A stretch of 64,000 nucleotides of DNA from Azolla caroliniana (taxonomy: Eukaryota; Plantae; Polypodiophyta), in contig JBHGNT010000003.1 in assembly GCA_043228905.1 (NCBI GenBank), positions 6,200,001 through 6,264,000 on the forward strand, written 5' to 3'. Position 1 is the first letter of the stretch. The number at the start of each line of letters is the position of its first letter. A program made the position numbers and the translations under genes. Below, in pieces: positions 1 to 12,899 of this stretch. Under the pieces are notes generated by a model that did no database searches, was not told the DNA's origin, and was given only the letters and a program-made list of their open reading frames with translations.

Positions 1-2175
1 ACACATTCGTCACTCATCCTGTACAAAAATAGAAGAATGTGCTTCATTTTCCACATCAACCATCTGTTCGTTCACCACCAAAATCATGTACAAACAAAAA
101 TAGAGTGAATGTGTTGTTGTCATCCCCTCATAAAAATTTGTTTCAACCCCTGACAACACCATCACTCATCCTTACCAAATAGAAATACTTCCATGCCCAC
201 ATCACCATCTCATTGTGTACCACTAAAGTCCTATATCTACCCAAAAAACTTAATGAAACTATTATCCTAATGATAAATTACTGTGGAGTATTCAGTATAA
301 ATGGTGTCGGTGGCGGAAACAACCAACGAGGTGGAACGTAGTTCCACTTAACATCATCTCCTGTTGCATCCAAGAAAATAGGAATAGCTGACCAGACTCT
401 TCTAATTGTGCTTCTTTTCCGATTAGCTACATTTCCAAAACCCTCATAACTATCATATTCACCTTTAACCGTACTTACCAATCATTCCCAGAAAGACTTA
501 ACTTGATCCACAACATTAGTTTGTTCATCATTAATATTTTAGAACATCTCGCTTTCCAAATAATCCATAAGGCGAAAGAGGAGATAATGTTCCAAACATA
601 ACACCTGGAAGAAAACTTGACTCCCTGCAAGGAGCTTCATGTATCGTACACCTGAAAACTTTTCACATGTAAAGTCAATGATGAATTATGATGATGATAA
701 AAACCCATTTGTTGAGCCAACGTACCCCAAAAGATCGTACCCCACGTGAATATAACCGCCCTATACTTACGACCTAAAAGCCTAAGAATACGAGACCAAA
801 AACATTTGACCGTAACACATTCCCAAAAAGCATGATGCAATGCCTCAGATGCAAAACCACACCTACCACATGATCGATCAGGTAGTGTTCCCCTCAATAA
901 AGCTCCTACTAGCAATGCATAATGAATCATTAACCATCGAAAATGCAATACCTTGTTCATACATTTAAGTGACCAAAACTGTTTCTAGAACTTCAACATA
1001 TGCGAAGATTACACATTACCTTCCTCCCAATATTGTTTCCCTGTAGGTATCAACTCTATCTCATTTAACAAAAAAATTCTACCCAATGCCACAGAATATG
1101 TGAAAAATGGAAGAACTTTTGTTTGCATAGTGTCAAACCTGGGCAACATCCAACCATAATCTGATGGATCCCACTGTAGATCAACAATTGGCCTAGAGTG
1201 TAAAACCCACATATGAGATGAGTACTTAGCAATTAATGGATTAGGATCTATAAATATCTTTTTATCTAATCTAGCAATTACTCTCACTGGTAGTTGCTTG
1301 GCAGAAGACATGATTGAAGACTCCTCCTCCACTAAAAACAACCTACCGTTATCCAGAACTTCATAAAAGTAGAGGCTGCCATTTGATGATATAAACAAGC
1401 TCCTATAAGTATATTCAATGTCGAAAACATACCATACCAATTCTAAAAATGACCAAATTGCAAAGTTGGTAGTGTTACCTGATACATCATTGACACTTGA
1501 GAGAGCATAATGTTTGCCCCTCTAAAATTAGACACCCTAGTCTTTTGGTCTTGCACTGAAGTCTACAGAAAATTTACCCAATCCGCAATTGTACGAGTTG
1601 GTCCATTATCCATTGCAGCCCAAGATAACCTAGGTTGTAAACCCAAAACACATGGCGCATCATCAGTAAATAAAGGATTCCATAACAACGATTGACGCAT
1701 TAATTGATGATACGTTTTTGGTGGCACAAAAACAAGTGCTCGACGAATACTTTCCCATGCCCTTAGAATTCCATTAAAAAAACGTAAAAACCCAACAATC
1801 GACTTAGGCAACAGAAAATCTGAGTTAAAGAACCATCTAAGACTATCACGCCATTGACCACCAACATATGGTTTAAATTTATATAAATGACACATCCATA
1901 AATTTTTCCACAACTCCTCTCCTGGCAATAAACTCCTAATAACATGTTTAACAAGTAATGATTTACTTTGAATAAAAGGATCAATCAAATCTAAACCTCC
2001 TTTTTGTTGGGTTGTATCAAAACCGACCAAGCTACCTTTGCTATAGTATTGTCTACAATAGCATTCCCCCAAATAAAATTGCGCACTAGTCGTTGAACTT
2101 TAAGCATTATTGACCTTGAAAAACAACCATGTAGACGCTATATACCAAATGGAGGACAAAAGCACGGAATTAGCA

Positions 2176-2876
2176 TATGGATTCAACCATATGGATTTCA
2201 CTATTGGGTGCTTCTAGGAAATGGGGAAATGAGAAGCTTTGGAGATTATCTTTGCAATACAACTACATAATAATGGTACGGTGTCATATGTTCTCATGGC
2301 TGATATATTTGGAAGTGCAAGTAACATGATCTGAATAAAACATTATTCTTGGCAAAAACAAGAATATGAATATGCCATGGATGTTTATGTCAATGAGCAT
2401 ACTATGGTTGCATATAATGATCATGGATTTATTGATGAATTTGGTGGGTTCTCACAACTCATAAACATGAACATACCATTGATATCTATATCAATGAACA
2501 TGTCATGGATGCTTTTACTGATGAGATTAACAAGGATTTCTATATCGATGGTGGTTGTATATAAGGGAACATGAATCTGCAACCTATGAACATGAATATA
2601 TCATGGATGGTGACGAGCATGCAATGAAATTTTTGCTCATAATGCAAACATCTAGGGAGACTTGACGTCACAAATCAAGGGTCATGAACCCAAGCTCACG
2701 GCTTGGAGAAAGCAAGGAATGTACAAAAAACTATGTGTGGTTATTGTATATACTCATCAATTCGGCTATGATGAGAGTAGAAGTGAATCTGTTGGTATAT
2801 TTGTTTATCCAACACAACTTTTGTAGTTCTTATGATTTTATAATACCAAGGCGTATCTTTTTGAAAAAAACAACAA
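2176..2876 (+). mobile_element. Chimeric retroposed insert (PPR fragment + UTR-like DNA + LINE 3' tail + A-rich tail) with a 13-bp TSD
   Basis: CACGGAATTAGCA occurs at 2163-2175 and 2877-2889. The LINE A reading frame resumes across the insert. The last ~160 bp resemble the LINE B 3' UTR (6720-6885) and end in an A-rich tail. Confidence 0.85.
2177..2334 (+). pseudogene. PLS-class PPR E-motif fragment (frameshifted)
   Basis: Translates as DSTIWISLLGASRKWGNEKLWRLSL, then after a frameshift VSYVLMADIFGSAS..stop. This matches the PPR E-domain pattern W..LLGACRKWGN..LG......Y VLM.NIY. Confidence 0.75.
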
Positions 2877-4439
2877 CACGGAATTAGCAACAACTACACG
2901 TCCTGCTAGGGATAACTTTTCCTTATTCCAATATATTAGCTTATTCCTTAATCTTAACAACAAGGGCACAATCATATCTTCTAACTTTAATCCTAACCCC
3001 ACTCTACATCCTAAATACCTAATGGACTGGCCTTTAGGAGTCCACATGAAACATGCGCTAGGTACATTAAATGGCGGATCTCCCGAAGCCACCCAAAAAC
3101 CTGATGATTTATCCCAATTAATCAATGCACCTGATGCATCTGAGAAGTCATCCACAGCTTGTTGAACCTGCAACAAGTTAAATTGTGAGGCTTGAACATA
3201 AAGAGTTGTATCATCAGCAAACTCACTATCAACGCCAACATCTTCAAATGGTAATGCTAAACCTTTGATATTAACATGTTGAGAATTTAAGTGTACAGAA
3301 AATGCTTCATATACTAATAAAAACATAAAAGATGCAAGTGGACATCCTTGTCTTACTGATCTTGAAATAGAGAAACACCTACCAACATCCCTTGCAAATA
3401 AAAGCAAACTATGTGCATTACGATATAATGCTGAAACACGTCATATCCATATGTTTGGAAAACCCATCTTGAGCAAAGTACCCTCCATGAAATCCCAATC
3501 CACTCTATCATAAGCTTTTTCAAAATCCAAAAATACCACTGCCAACTCTTGTTTTTGCACTTCAGCAAAAGCCACCATTTCCCAAAAAAGAATAATATTA
3601 TCAAAAATACTTCGCTCTTGTATACAACCCGTCTGAGAATCATGAATCAGTTCAGAAAGATAAGGTTGTAAACGTCTAGCTAACGTTTTGGCTAATATCT
3701 TATAAATAACGTTCAACAAAGTAATTGGCCTCCAATGCTGAAGCTCCTCTAACTAACCACTTGATTTGGGAATCATGTAGATTAAACCGTCATTCCATTC
3801 TTGCAGCATATTTCCAGAATCTAAAACCTGTTGATAAGCTTTAGTTTGTCCTCGCCTATCAAATCCCAATATTGTATATACCATTGAACCCCCATCCCAT
3901 CCAATTCAGGACAAACATTCTTTGCTAAGGCCTTTGCTGCTTTAAAAATCTCTTGAGGACTTAGTAGTTGCAAAAGACATTCGAAAAGTTTAACAAACAC
4001 TCTATGTTGAATCCTCGACCATACTTGTGATTCTAATATATGATTCCCTACTTGTATCACTCTAGAACTTATATAAGTCAAATATGGTCTTCTCTCTTGC
4101 AAATGTTGCAAGGAGCTCAACCCCCTACGAAGTCTTCCTATTTTAGTGAAAGATGCCTGAAATATTTGTTTGGCCTTATAGTGAAAATTTGTTTTATTTC
4201 AGTAATAGCCGTTTGAACACTAGATAATGCATAATCATAAGAATAGTTGTACTTATTCCAAATATTATACAAAACAGAAACACAATCTTGTCTAAGAAAC
4301 ATATGATTCGGAATTCGAAATCTAGACGTTTTATAGTGTTCCTGTAAAACTATAACTAAACGAAGTGGTGCATGATTGGAAAAGGAAAATGAAGGTAAAA
4401 TTCCAATGGAGCCTCCTTTGTCTAGATTAGCTTATAGTT

Positions 4440-6885
4440 CTATCTTAGTAGTAGGAGGTAGAGGACGAATATTTCAAATGTCATGATCAGTTCGCCAAGG
4501 GTGTCCGTTAGCCCCTTTCTTATTTCTTATTGTTACGGAGGTATTCTTCGCATATTTAAATTCAGCGGGTGTTGGGATTGAAGGGTTAGTCCCACCGATC
4601 TCTAACAAGATGATGTGGAGTTTGAAGAAGGTAATTTATGTAAAGCACATGCTGCATTGGAAACATTTTGCGTTGCCTCTGGAGCAAAAGTTAATTGGTG
4701 TTAATCAATGGGTTTTTGGGTTTCTACATGGTCGTTGCCATCATGGAGACCATCCGAGTCTTTTCGTTGGATTCAAAGAGTTTCAGTTCGTTGCTTAAGT
4801 TGTCAAGTTGGTATAAATATGCATAAGGGGCAATTGTTAGCTCCTCTAATGGTGTCACTTAGGAAAAAATTGTTGATTTGGGACAGTACAGAGTTGTCTT
4901 TAGTAGGCAGAGTAATGATAGCTAATCAGGTTCTCCTTTCGTCTATGTGGTATATTGCATCTACATGTTTGTTCTCTACATCCTGTTTGTTGTTGATTCA
5001 ACGGCCGGTTCAAAACTTTATTTGGATAGGAAGAAGTAATAATGATGCTCGTGCAAAAGTAGCCTAGTCGACACTTATGGCGCAATTTTCTGAGGGTTGG
5101 TAGACCCAGACAACCAATGTAAGGCTCTTTTGGCAAAATTTGTTGTTAGGGCTATGTTGCATGCTCAAGGTATATGGTCAGAGTTGCTTTTAAACCGATT
5201 GGTTGATATTAAACCGTCTACGGGGGGTTTTTGGAAACCATCTCTAACATGGGCATTCTTGTCAAATTTTAAGACGAGACAAATACATGGTCTGATAGAC
5301 GGTTTTATGGTTGGCATTTGTAAAGCATGGGATGTTGTTAAGTTTTTTTTTATTTGTAGATGTCCATCTTCGAATGCAGAATTGTTGCACAACAACCTTT
5401 AATTTGGAATTTTATTTTTTCTGATGAGAGGGGTGTATTGCTTGGAAGTAGACCGCGATTACAATGGGCTGAATTGGATAATGGTATAGCTGCCACGGGA
5501 GCCTCTTGGGGAAATTATGTTTGTCATCTTAATAATTCACAAATAGATGCTACCATGTGTAGGGGTTTTAGACCAGGTCCTATGTTTGACGCAATTCAAT
5601 TATCTTTAGGGAATTTTCTCTCTAATTAGTCACCTTCTTTTACTCCGGTTGGTGTTACGATAGGAGCAAAAGGAACAACATCTTAAGGAGACTGTTACTA
5701 TTTTGATGTATCTAAGGAAGAAAGATTATGGCAAACTGATGTGGAATCGTCAATTTGGAAAACGACATTGCAACATCTGGTGAGAGTGATTGGTAAATCT
5801 AGTAAAAAGTGGATTTTAGATCCTTCTGCTTTTGATAGTATGTTATTTTTCCAACTATGGGTTTTTTTTTAAAAACGTTGTTGGACTTGCATTGGGATCC
5901 ATCAAGTTATCTGTGGAAACATACAAATCCTTCGTCTCATACTAAATTTATTCAGGTTTTTCAATATTCTATGAAGTTGGGACGTCAATTTCTCTTAAGT
6001 AGGAAATTGTATTTATGCACTACCGGTTCGGGCTTGGTTACCACAACTAAATAGTAAGTTGTGTGGATTTGGGTGTGGATGTATGATGGAATCAATTAAG
6101 CATGTATTGCGGTCTTGTCCTAAATTTATGCAAGTTTGGAAGAGAGTATTAAGGTTGTTGATATTGATACATGCTAATTGTGGATCACTTGGGGTGCGGT
6201 TAGGTGGGGCATTATAGAGGGGCAACTCTTGTTATATGAAGGATATAGTGGAAGCCTTTCACATAGTTCCTCCTCATATACAAATGGTTCAACCTTTTAT
6301 AAGTGATAGTTTGCAATTTAGGGAGGATATTATTTTGAAAACAATTTCATCTATTATGATGTGGGTAATTTGGAAAGCGTGATGCGCATCAATATTTGAC
6401 AATGCCACTTAGGATGTTTCTGTTATAATTGTTGAATTCTGGTTGTTACTTATTCGTACATTACGTGGTTAGTATGAAAGTTTTACAGGTGATGTTAATG
6501 TCATTTTCAAGAAGCAAATGCATTTTAAAAGGTTATGGGATTCAATGCTTATTTTTAGGGAAGATGGAGATCACATAATATCGATGTATAATGTTCTTGT
6601 CATTTTGGGAAACAATGTCTAATAACTTTGTTTATGGACACTCTGTTGCTACAGATTTTGGTGGTATAGGTTACATTGCATGCTCGGTTGTAGTTTGGGA
6701 GGAGTAGACCATAAAAATCTTGGAGATATGGTGTACAAATATGTGTAGTTCTTATATGTACACATCAAATAGGCTATGATGTGAGCACAATGGAGTCGGT
6801 TGGTATACTCCTTTATCCAACACAACTTCGTATTTTTTGTGATTTTATAATACCAAGGCATATATCTTTTCAAAGAAAAAAAAAA
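4440..6885 (+). mobile_element. 5'-truncated degenerate L1-clade LINE (LINE B) with 3' UTR and poly(A)
   Basis: SVRQGCPLAPFLFL (~4490); LSLVGRVMIANQVLLSSMWY; zf-RVT-like CGFGCG..ESIKHVLRSC; WVIWKA; ends TTTCAAAGAAAAAAAAAA at ~6885. Confidence 0.9.
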
Positions 6886-7629
6886 CTTAATCCTCCCATC
6901 CTATGTAAAAGGGTTTTCCTACTCATGTAATTGGGCTCATTTAAATAATTTTCCTCGAACATGATGTAATCCTCACAAAATCTATATACACGTAAATTCT
7001 CATTGGTAGTTTGTTTTGAGGAGATTCTGTAGAATCCAACAACCTCTTGTGGCTGACACACAAACCCACATGCTACAAGAGTTAGGGAACTTTATGTTCC
7101 CAAAATACACCCCTTTACCAATATAAATAATTAAAATACAGTGTCAGCTCGAGGTGTTCTCACTAAGTGCATGTCTTTCTATCATAGGCGTTTTTTCTCC
7201 ACATTGACGTCATATATTGAGGGGTCTAAACCTACATATACCCTATTGGTGGCGAGTCAGGTGAGAGTGGTTGTCAACTACTCTCAAGCCATGAAATTTG
7301 CTTACCCCAACATTGTGAACTCTTGAATAACATTGTTACACATATCTCCCTTGTGCCAAACAAAAACTTTGTAAGAAGATGACCATGTCAGAACAAGTGA
7401 ATGCCATCTTACATAAACAAAACCCTGCAACCTTCGATTGATAACACCATTAACAAGAAAAGTTTCTTTGTTTAGGTCTTAGTGGTCTTGCTCAACATTT
7501 CACATGCATGCATGAATTCTCACGACAATGTTGAGCTAGAATGGTTTGATAATGAAAATAATTCCCATTATGGTACATTAATGCTAGTATATACACAACT
7601 ATATATGAAATGTTACAAATACATTATCA

Positions 7630-8600
7630 AACCTTCCCCTCTATTAACAACGAGTTCCATGATAACGGAGTACAAATTGAAACCTAGCTTGTCATGATAA
7701 CAACTATGAAATTCATACAAGAGTTGGGGAATTAGCAAGATTCTCATTGGGACCCCATGGTCATTCATTAGGCATATAGCCTAACTGATACACCATGTTA
7801 TAGAGTTTGCTACACACAACATTGGAGTCCAAAATCGCTTCAACCACAACAAGAGATAGGGCATCAATGAGATTCTTGACGAACTCACGTGGCCAATCAT
7901 TGGGCATATAGGCTAATCATAGATTTTGTTACACACGACCTTGGAGTCCAAAATGACTTCAACCTCATACTCTGGTTCATCAACAAGTGGAATAAGAAGG
8001 GGGTGGAGGATAAAATTTGGAATATATCTTGAAGGGTAAGGTTCCAGAAGTGATACATGGAACATAGGATAGAGACACATGGAAATGGATTGTTGGGCAA
8101 ACACTTCCCAAACTTTGACTGAACAATGGTCTACAATCACTAATAATGTCTTTACGGAAATCATGATGCCTGAATGCTTTGCGCATATCTAGATCAACTA
8201 TCTCCTAACTACTTATAATTGTTGTGCATGGAAGGAATTGTGGCATCTTAGTGAATAGGTCAATTACAATATCAACGACATCGAAACCATTTGAACATGG
8301 GAGATCGTTAAAGAATTTTGAGGAAATAGATTTCCATGGACTCTCTAGAATCAACAATGATTGCACCAATGCATATAAAAATGTCATGCCATTTTGGACA
8401 ATACTAGATCTAAAATACCATTCATTCATTTGTAGACATGTTGTATGATTAGTTTGACAAATTGGGGAGTAGTGCATACCACATCTTGTAGTGTGGAGAT
8501 ATGATGATGGAGTAGATTAACAAATCCTTGAGAAAACCCATTTCTACGTGCTAAATGCAACAATATGTGAATTGATCCTTCAAACGTTCACAAAAAATAG
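7630..8600 (-). mobile_element. Ty3/gypsy chromovirus relic: integrase fragment, two tandem chromodomain-like segments and a PPT
   Basis: PWKSISSKFFNDLPCSNGFDVVDIVIDLFTKMPQFLPC (integrase core start); FHVSLLEPY..EPEYEVEVILDSKV (chromo 1); VVVEAILDSNVV..YQLGY..W.P.ENLANSP (chromo 2); purine tract TAGAGGGGAAGG on the - strand at ~7632-7643. Confidence 0.8.
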
Positions 8601-8930
8601 TTTAAGAGACGAATGTTCGTAGTCGAAATTTGATTGTTGGATGCATTTGCTTAAACATAATAAATAAATCAACCAGTGTAAAAAGAAGGGTATCGTATTA
8701 GTTAGTAGTAACTATTTAGCTATAGCTACTAACTCATGTCACTAATTAGCTATGACTAAAAGCTAATGTAGTTAATTAGCTATTATGTATTTTATTTAGT
8801 TAGTGAGTTGTGGCTAGTTATATGTAGTTAATTAGTCATGGTTAGTAGTCCATATAACTAATTAGCTTGCAATAATGTATTTTCCTTGTTAACAATTACT
8901 AGCTAATTAATGATTCCTAGTTAGTTAGTA

Positions 8931-9129
8931 TGGCTACTACTTGATGTAGCTAGTTAGCAATGAGCACTACCTGATGTAGCTAAGTAGGTATGGCCACTAC
9001 CTGATGTAGCTAGTTAGCAATGAGCACTACCTGATGTAGCTAAGTAGGTATGGCCACTACCTGATGTAGCTAGTTAGCAATGAGCACTACCTGATGTAGC
9101 TAAGTAGGTATGGCCACTACTTGATGTAG
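8931..9129. repeat. 60-bp (2x30) tandem minisatellite, ~3.3 near-perfect copies, preceded by degenerate TAGCTA-rich repeats from ~8700
   Basis: The unit CTGATGTAGCTAGTTAGCAATGAGCACTAC-CTGATGTAGCTAAGTAGGTATGGCCACTAC repeats on lines 8941, 9001 and 9061. Confidence 0.95.
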
Positions 9130-9400
9130 TTAATAAACTTAGAAAAGCTTCAATGTTATGAAGGCCAAAAATGAACTTCAAAAGAAGAGCAAAGATGGAG
9201 AGAGTAAACGAATATCTTTCTTTGGTCTAGAGTCTCATGTATATATAGAAAAACAAGACCCAATTTAGCCTTTCAGGTGTGAGTGCTAACAAAGTTGACA
9301 ATGTTTGAGAATCTCACATCTTAAACCCTTTACCACTTCTTGGGATTTCAAGGTTGGAGATTAGATATGATTCTACATCACAACAACCCATCTTTTGTGG

Positions 9401-9775
9401 TAATAATCAACAACGGTTCGGTTCGAGCGGGTCAAAACCAAACCGATAAAAAATGTTGAAACCTAAACCGAACCACGAAACGGTTTTGGTTTTCCACTTA
9501 GGTCAAAATTTAAACTTCATTATTTAAATTTTCAGAATTTTAAAAATTTTCTAAAAATGTGAGGATAAAGCATGAAAATGAAAAGATTGCTTAAAAACAA
9601 TTTAATTATTATTATTTTTAATTAAAAAATTAAAAAAACGTTAAACCACAGTTTCTAATAGTTGAAACCGAACTAAACCGTTAAAAAAACCCTGAACCCT
9701 AACTGAACTGTTTAAATCGTTAAGCCGTAGTTTCACAGTTTGGTTCGGTTCAAACCGAACTGTTTCCGATTGTTA
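9401..9775. mobile_element. Non-autonomous hAT-type MITE (375 bp)
   Basis: Imperfect TIRs: TAATAATCAACAACGGTTCGGTTCGA versus right-end reverse complement TAACAATCGGAAACAGTTCGGTTTGA. 8-bp TSD TTTTGTGG (9393-9400) / CTTTGTGG (9776-9783). Many AAACCG/CGGTT subterminal motifs and an AT-rich core. Confidence 0.85.
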
Positions 9776-11289
9776 CTTTGTGGGAAGTTGGCTTTGAAGA
9801 AATTGAGGTCCTTTTGCATTATATATCAAATGAGTGCAATGGCATTCTGACTCTCTCCCCATGTACTTTTAAATAAATGACATAATTCCATATGATGCTC
9901 TTTGAACCTTATTGCAAGACCTCGATTCTCAATTGCTAACTTCAGACACCCCCACAATAAATCAAGGATGGAGACAAGCATGAAGTTCAAGAAGTCATTG
10001 ATCCAAAGAGGTTAAGATGCAAGTTTATGACAGGAAAAGAGTCATTTCTAAGTCTAGACACATGTTCTAAGGTACCAAGTACCAAAGGATATTGTTTCTC
10101 TCTATGGTCATGGATATTTCCTTAGAAATGCAAGAATTGAATGAAAACAAGGTATCTACATATTGTATTTCTCTCTATGGTCATGGATATTTCTCTCAAT
10201 GCATAAAAGGCAATCTTGGTCGAGGGAAGGTTGATGAATCACTCAAAGCCCTTTCTTGTATTTTTAAATGTTTGCTTAAATTTGTGATTGTGTTTAAACT
10301 TTAGGTGCTTTCCTACATATATAATCTTTGTTGCTTTCATTGAATCTTTGTTTGATTATGTGGGACCTACTAAAAAAGGGGTGTGTGTAGAGAGAGAGAA
10401 GGTGGTGTAAAGCTTGTGCTTCACAACATTAAACTTGAGAGTTCACATTGCCTTCACCATAAGCTTCTTCATAAATTTAGATAGAGGCAAATTGGTTCGT
10501 AAATGGTTTTACAACATTGAAATTAGGTGCTTGAACACGATACAATGAGTGAATCAACAACAGTGGCCTCCAAAATCTTATGCGAGAAACAATACATTGC
10601 GGGCTTATGTCCAACATGAAAGAATTACATATGAGACTTTTGACATCCTCCTTGATTATTGCTTTCTTCGACTTAATATGTTGGCTTATGAATTTTTAAT
10701 GTAAGTAGATGTAAACATGATTGTATATGGAATTAACATTGTGGTTTTGATGTCGTGTGTAATATAAACCTCTTAATAAAATCTGTTGGAGATAGTTCGC
10801 ACTCATAATTTTCACAATAAGTATTCCAAACTGAAAAGTGACAATATAGCCTTTTAAAGGGCAACGTTAACAATTAACAAAATAACTTATGTAGAAAAAA
10901 CTGTCAAAGTAACATGAAGGGCCGAGGCATTGCCTTCATACGTCATACCAAAGACTTTTCACATCTGCACAATTTATTGTGAGGATAATGAAATTCTACC
11001 ATTCAAAAAAACATAAATGACAGTGTATTGGTACCACTTGTGCTTGGCAACTTTGTTGGGTGTTAGCTCAACTTTCGAGCAATGGGTTTCATGCGGTCTT
11101 CATTATTAATACTCCTCGTAATTTTAGGTTGTTTGCTTCTAACAAGTAGTTTCATGACATTATTAAACTCTTCGGAAGTATAAATTGTTTGCCTCAAACA
11201 TGATGATTTTATAACATTGTCATTTTTCCATTACTCAATGAGTGAAAATGATGGCAATGACCTTTATAATGATACAACTAATTCGAGAA

Positions 11290-12334
11290 CGATTACCTTG
11301 TCTACGTAATACAAGGACGATTGTTTCTTTTATAATTGAGCATTTCCTGCAATTCAAACATCCCACATTCACATTGCAAACAAGCAATCATGAAAGTGTT
11401 TATGGTTCACCTTCATGATAATAAAAGTATAAGGTTGAGGTGTTATTATCTCTTCGCATGAGACTATGACATTTATATGATCCATCAACTAGCATGAAAT
11501 AATCAATTCCCATATCCATGATTAGTGCCCATCTACATTAATGTTAGCATATACGATCATGATGTTCCTAATATATATTGAGTAAACCAACTAATGGAGC
11601 AACTTGAGTACGATTACCTTGTCTATCTAATATAAGGATGATTATTTCTTTTATAATTGAGCATTTCTTCCAATTCAAACGTCCCACATTCACATTGCAA
11701 AAACAAAAAATCATAAAGATGTTTATGGTTCACCTTCACCATAACAAAAGTATAAGTTGAGGCGTTATTATCTCCGCGTGTGAGATTATGACGTTTATAT
11801 GATCCATCACCTAACATGAAATAATCTATTCCCGTATCCATGATTAGTGGCCATCTACATCAATGAGGGTGTTTATGATCACGAAGGAAAACAATTAGTG
11901 GAGCCAAGATTGTCACAATAGAAATGAATATTGATGATGATCTATGGTTATGGCTTGCATGGTGTTCCTAATATATATTAAGTAAACCAACTAATGGAGC
12001 AACTTGAGTACAATTACCTTGTCTATCTAACATAAGCATTTCCTCCAATTCAAACGTCCCGCATTCACATTGGAAAAACAAAAAATCATAAAGATGTTTA
12101 TGGTTCACCTTCACCATAACAAAAGTATAAGTTGAGGCGTTATTATCTCCACGTGTGAGATTATGACATTTATATGATCCATCACCTAACATGAAATAAT
12201 CTATTCCCATATCCATGATTAGCGGTCATCTACATCAATGAGGGTGTTTATGATGATGAAGGAAAACAATTAGTGGAGCCAAGATTGTCACAATAGAAAT
12301 GAATATTGATGATGATCTATGGTTATGGCTTGCA
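11290..12334. repeat. Triplicated ~270-400 bp segment (copies ~11290-11545, 11562-11960, 11962-12334)
   Basis: Near-identical blocks, giving duplicated minus-strand ORFs MD.GIDYFMLGDGSYK.HNLTRGDNNAST..QCECGTFELEEM. Confidence 0.9.
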
Positions 12335-12899
12335 TATTCGAACATAATGGAAGCATGATTATTATTAATAGTTTTAACATCTTGAAAATTCTTTGACATT
12401 TAGGTCTCTTGTGTCTTTGATGTGGTTTTTAGAATGCCTCTCACTGGAGCACAAGATGCTCGATCAAACAAGCATGATGGATGGAACATATGAATTGTCA
12501 ATGTAAACCCAAACATTCAAACATTCATGATACACATGTCACTATCCATATTTTTGTGAATAATACCAACACTAGGCCAACTACAAAAACTTTGAAATCT
12601 TCCCAAACACAGACTTTTCCAACCAAAATGCTCAATTGTCAAATGCAATTATTCATACCATTTCCTCGAGCCAAAGAGAGTGTTCCAATTTGCTGAAGAC
12701 CTTTTGTAACTAGTTGCTCCAAAAAACTACAACCAGGCCATTGGCAACAAACCACTTTGACCTTGATAATTCTATTTTACTAGTTGATACACATGGGAGT
12801 AATTGAGAAACATAGAAACCATTCAGTGAATTCTTGGCTTATTGAGAGCATGAGAGAGTGTATCTTTTTAACATCCACCGTGAGACGAATTGAGATAAT

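Larger units (their letters stand above)
278..4425 (-). mobile_element. Degenerate L1-clade LINE (LINE A): end of the APE endonuclease, RT, zf-RVT and C-terminus; interrupted by an insert at 2176-2876
   Basis: Minus-strand fragments: FSNHAPL (end of APE, ~4370); LNVIYKILAKTLARRL / FLDFEKAYDRVDW / RSVRQGCPLA / FADDTTL (RT); LSLAGRVVVANSV|LLSSIWY (split by the insert); CGRCG..EALHHAFWEC (zf-RVT); WNYVPPRWLFPPP. Many stops and frameshifts. Confidence 0.92.

Noticed and set aside
4425-4445. Twin-priming inversion of a single LINE (A and B head-to-head)
   Set aside because: A and B both contain the same RT/C-terminal region in clearly diverged form, so they are two separate elements. I found no convincing TSD for B.
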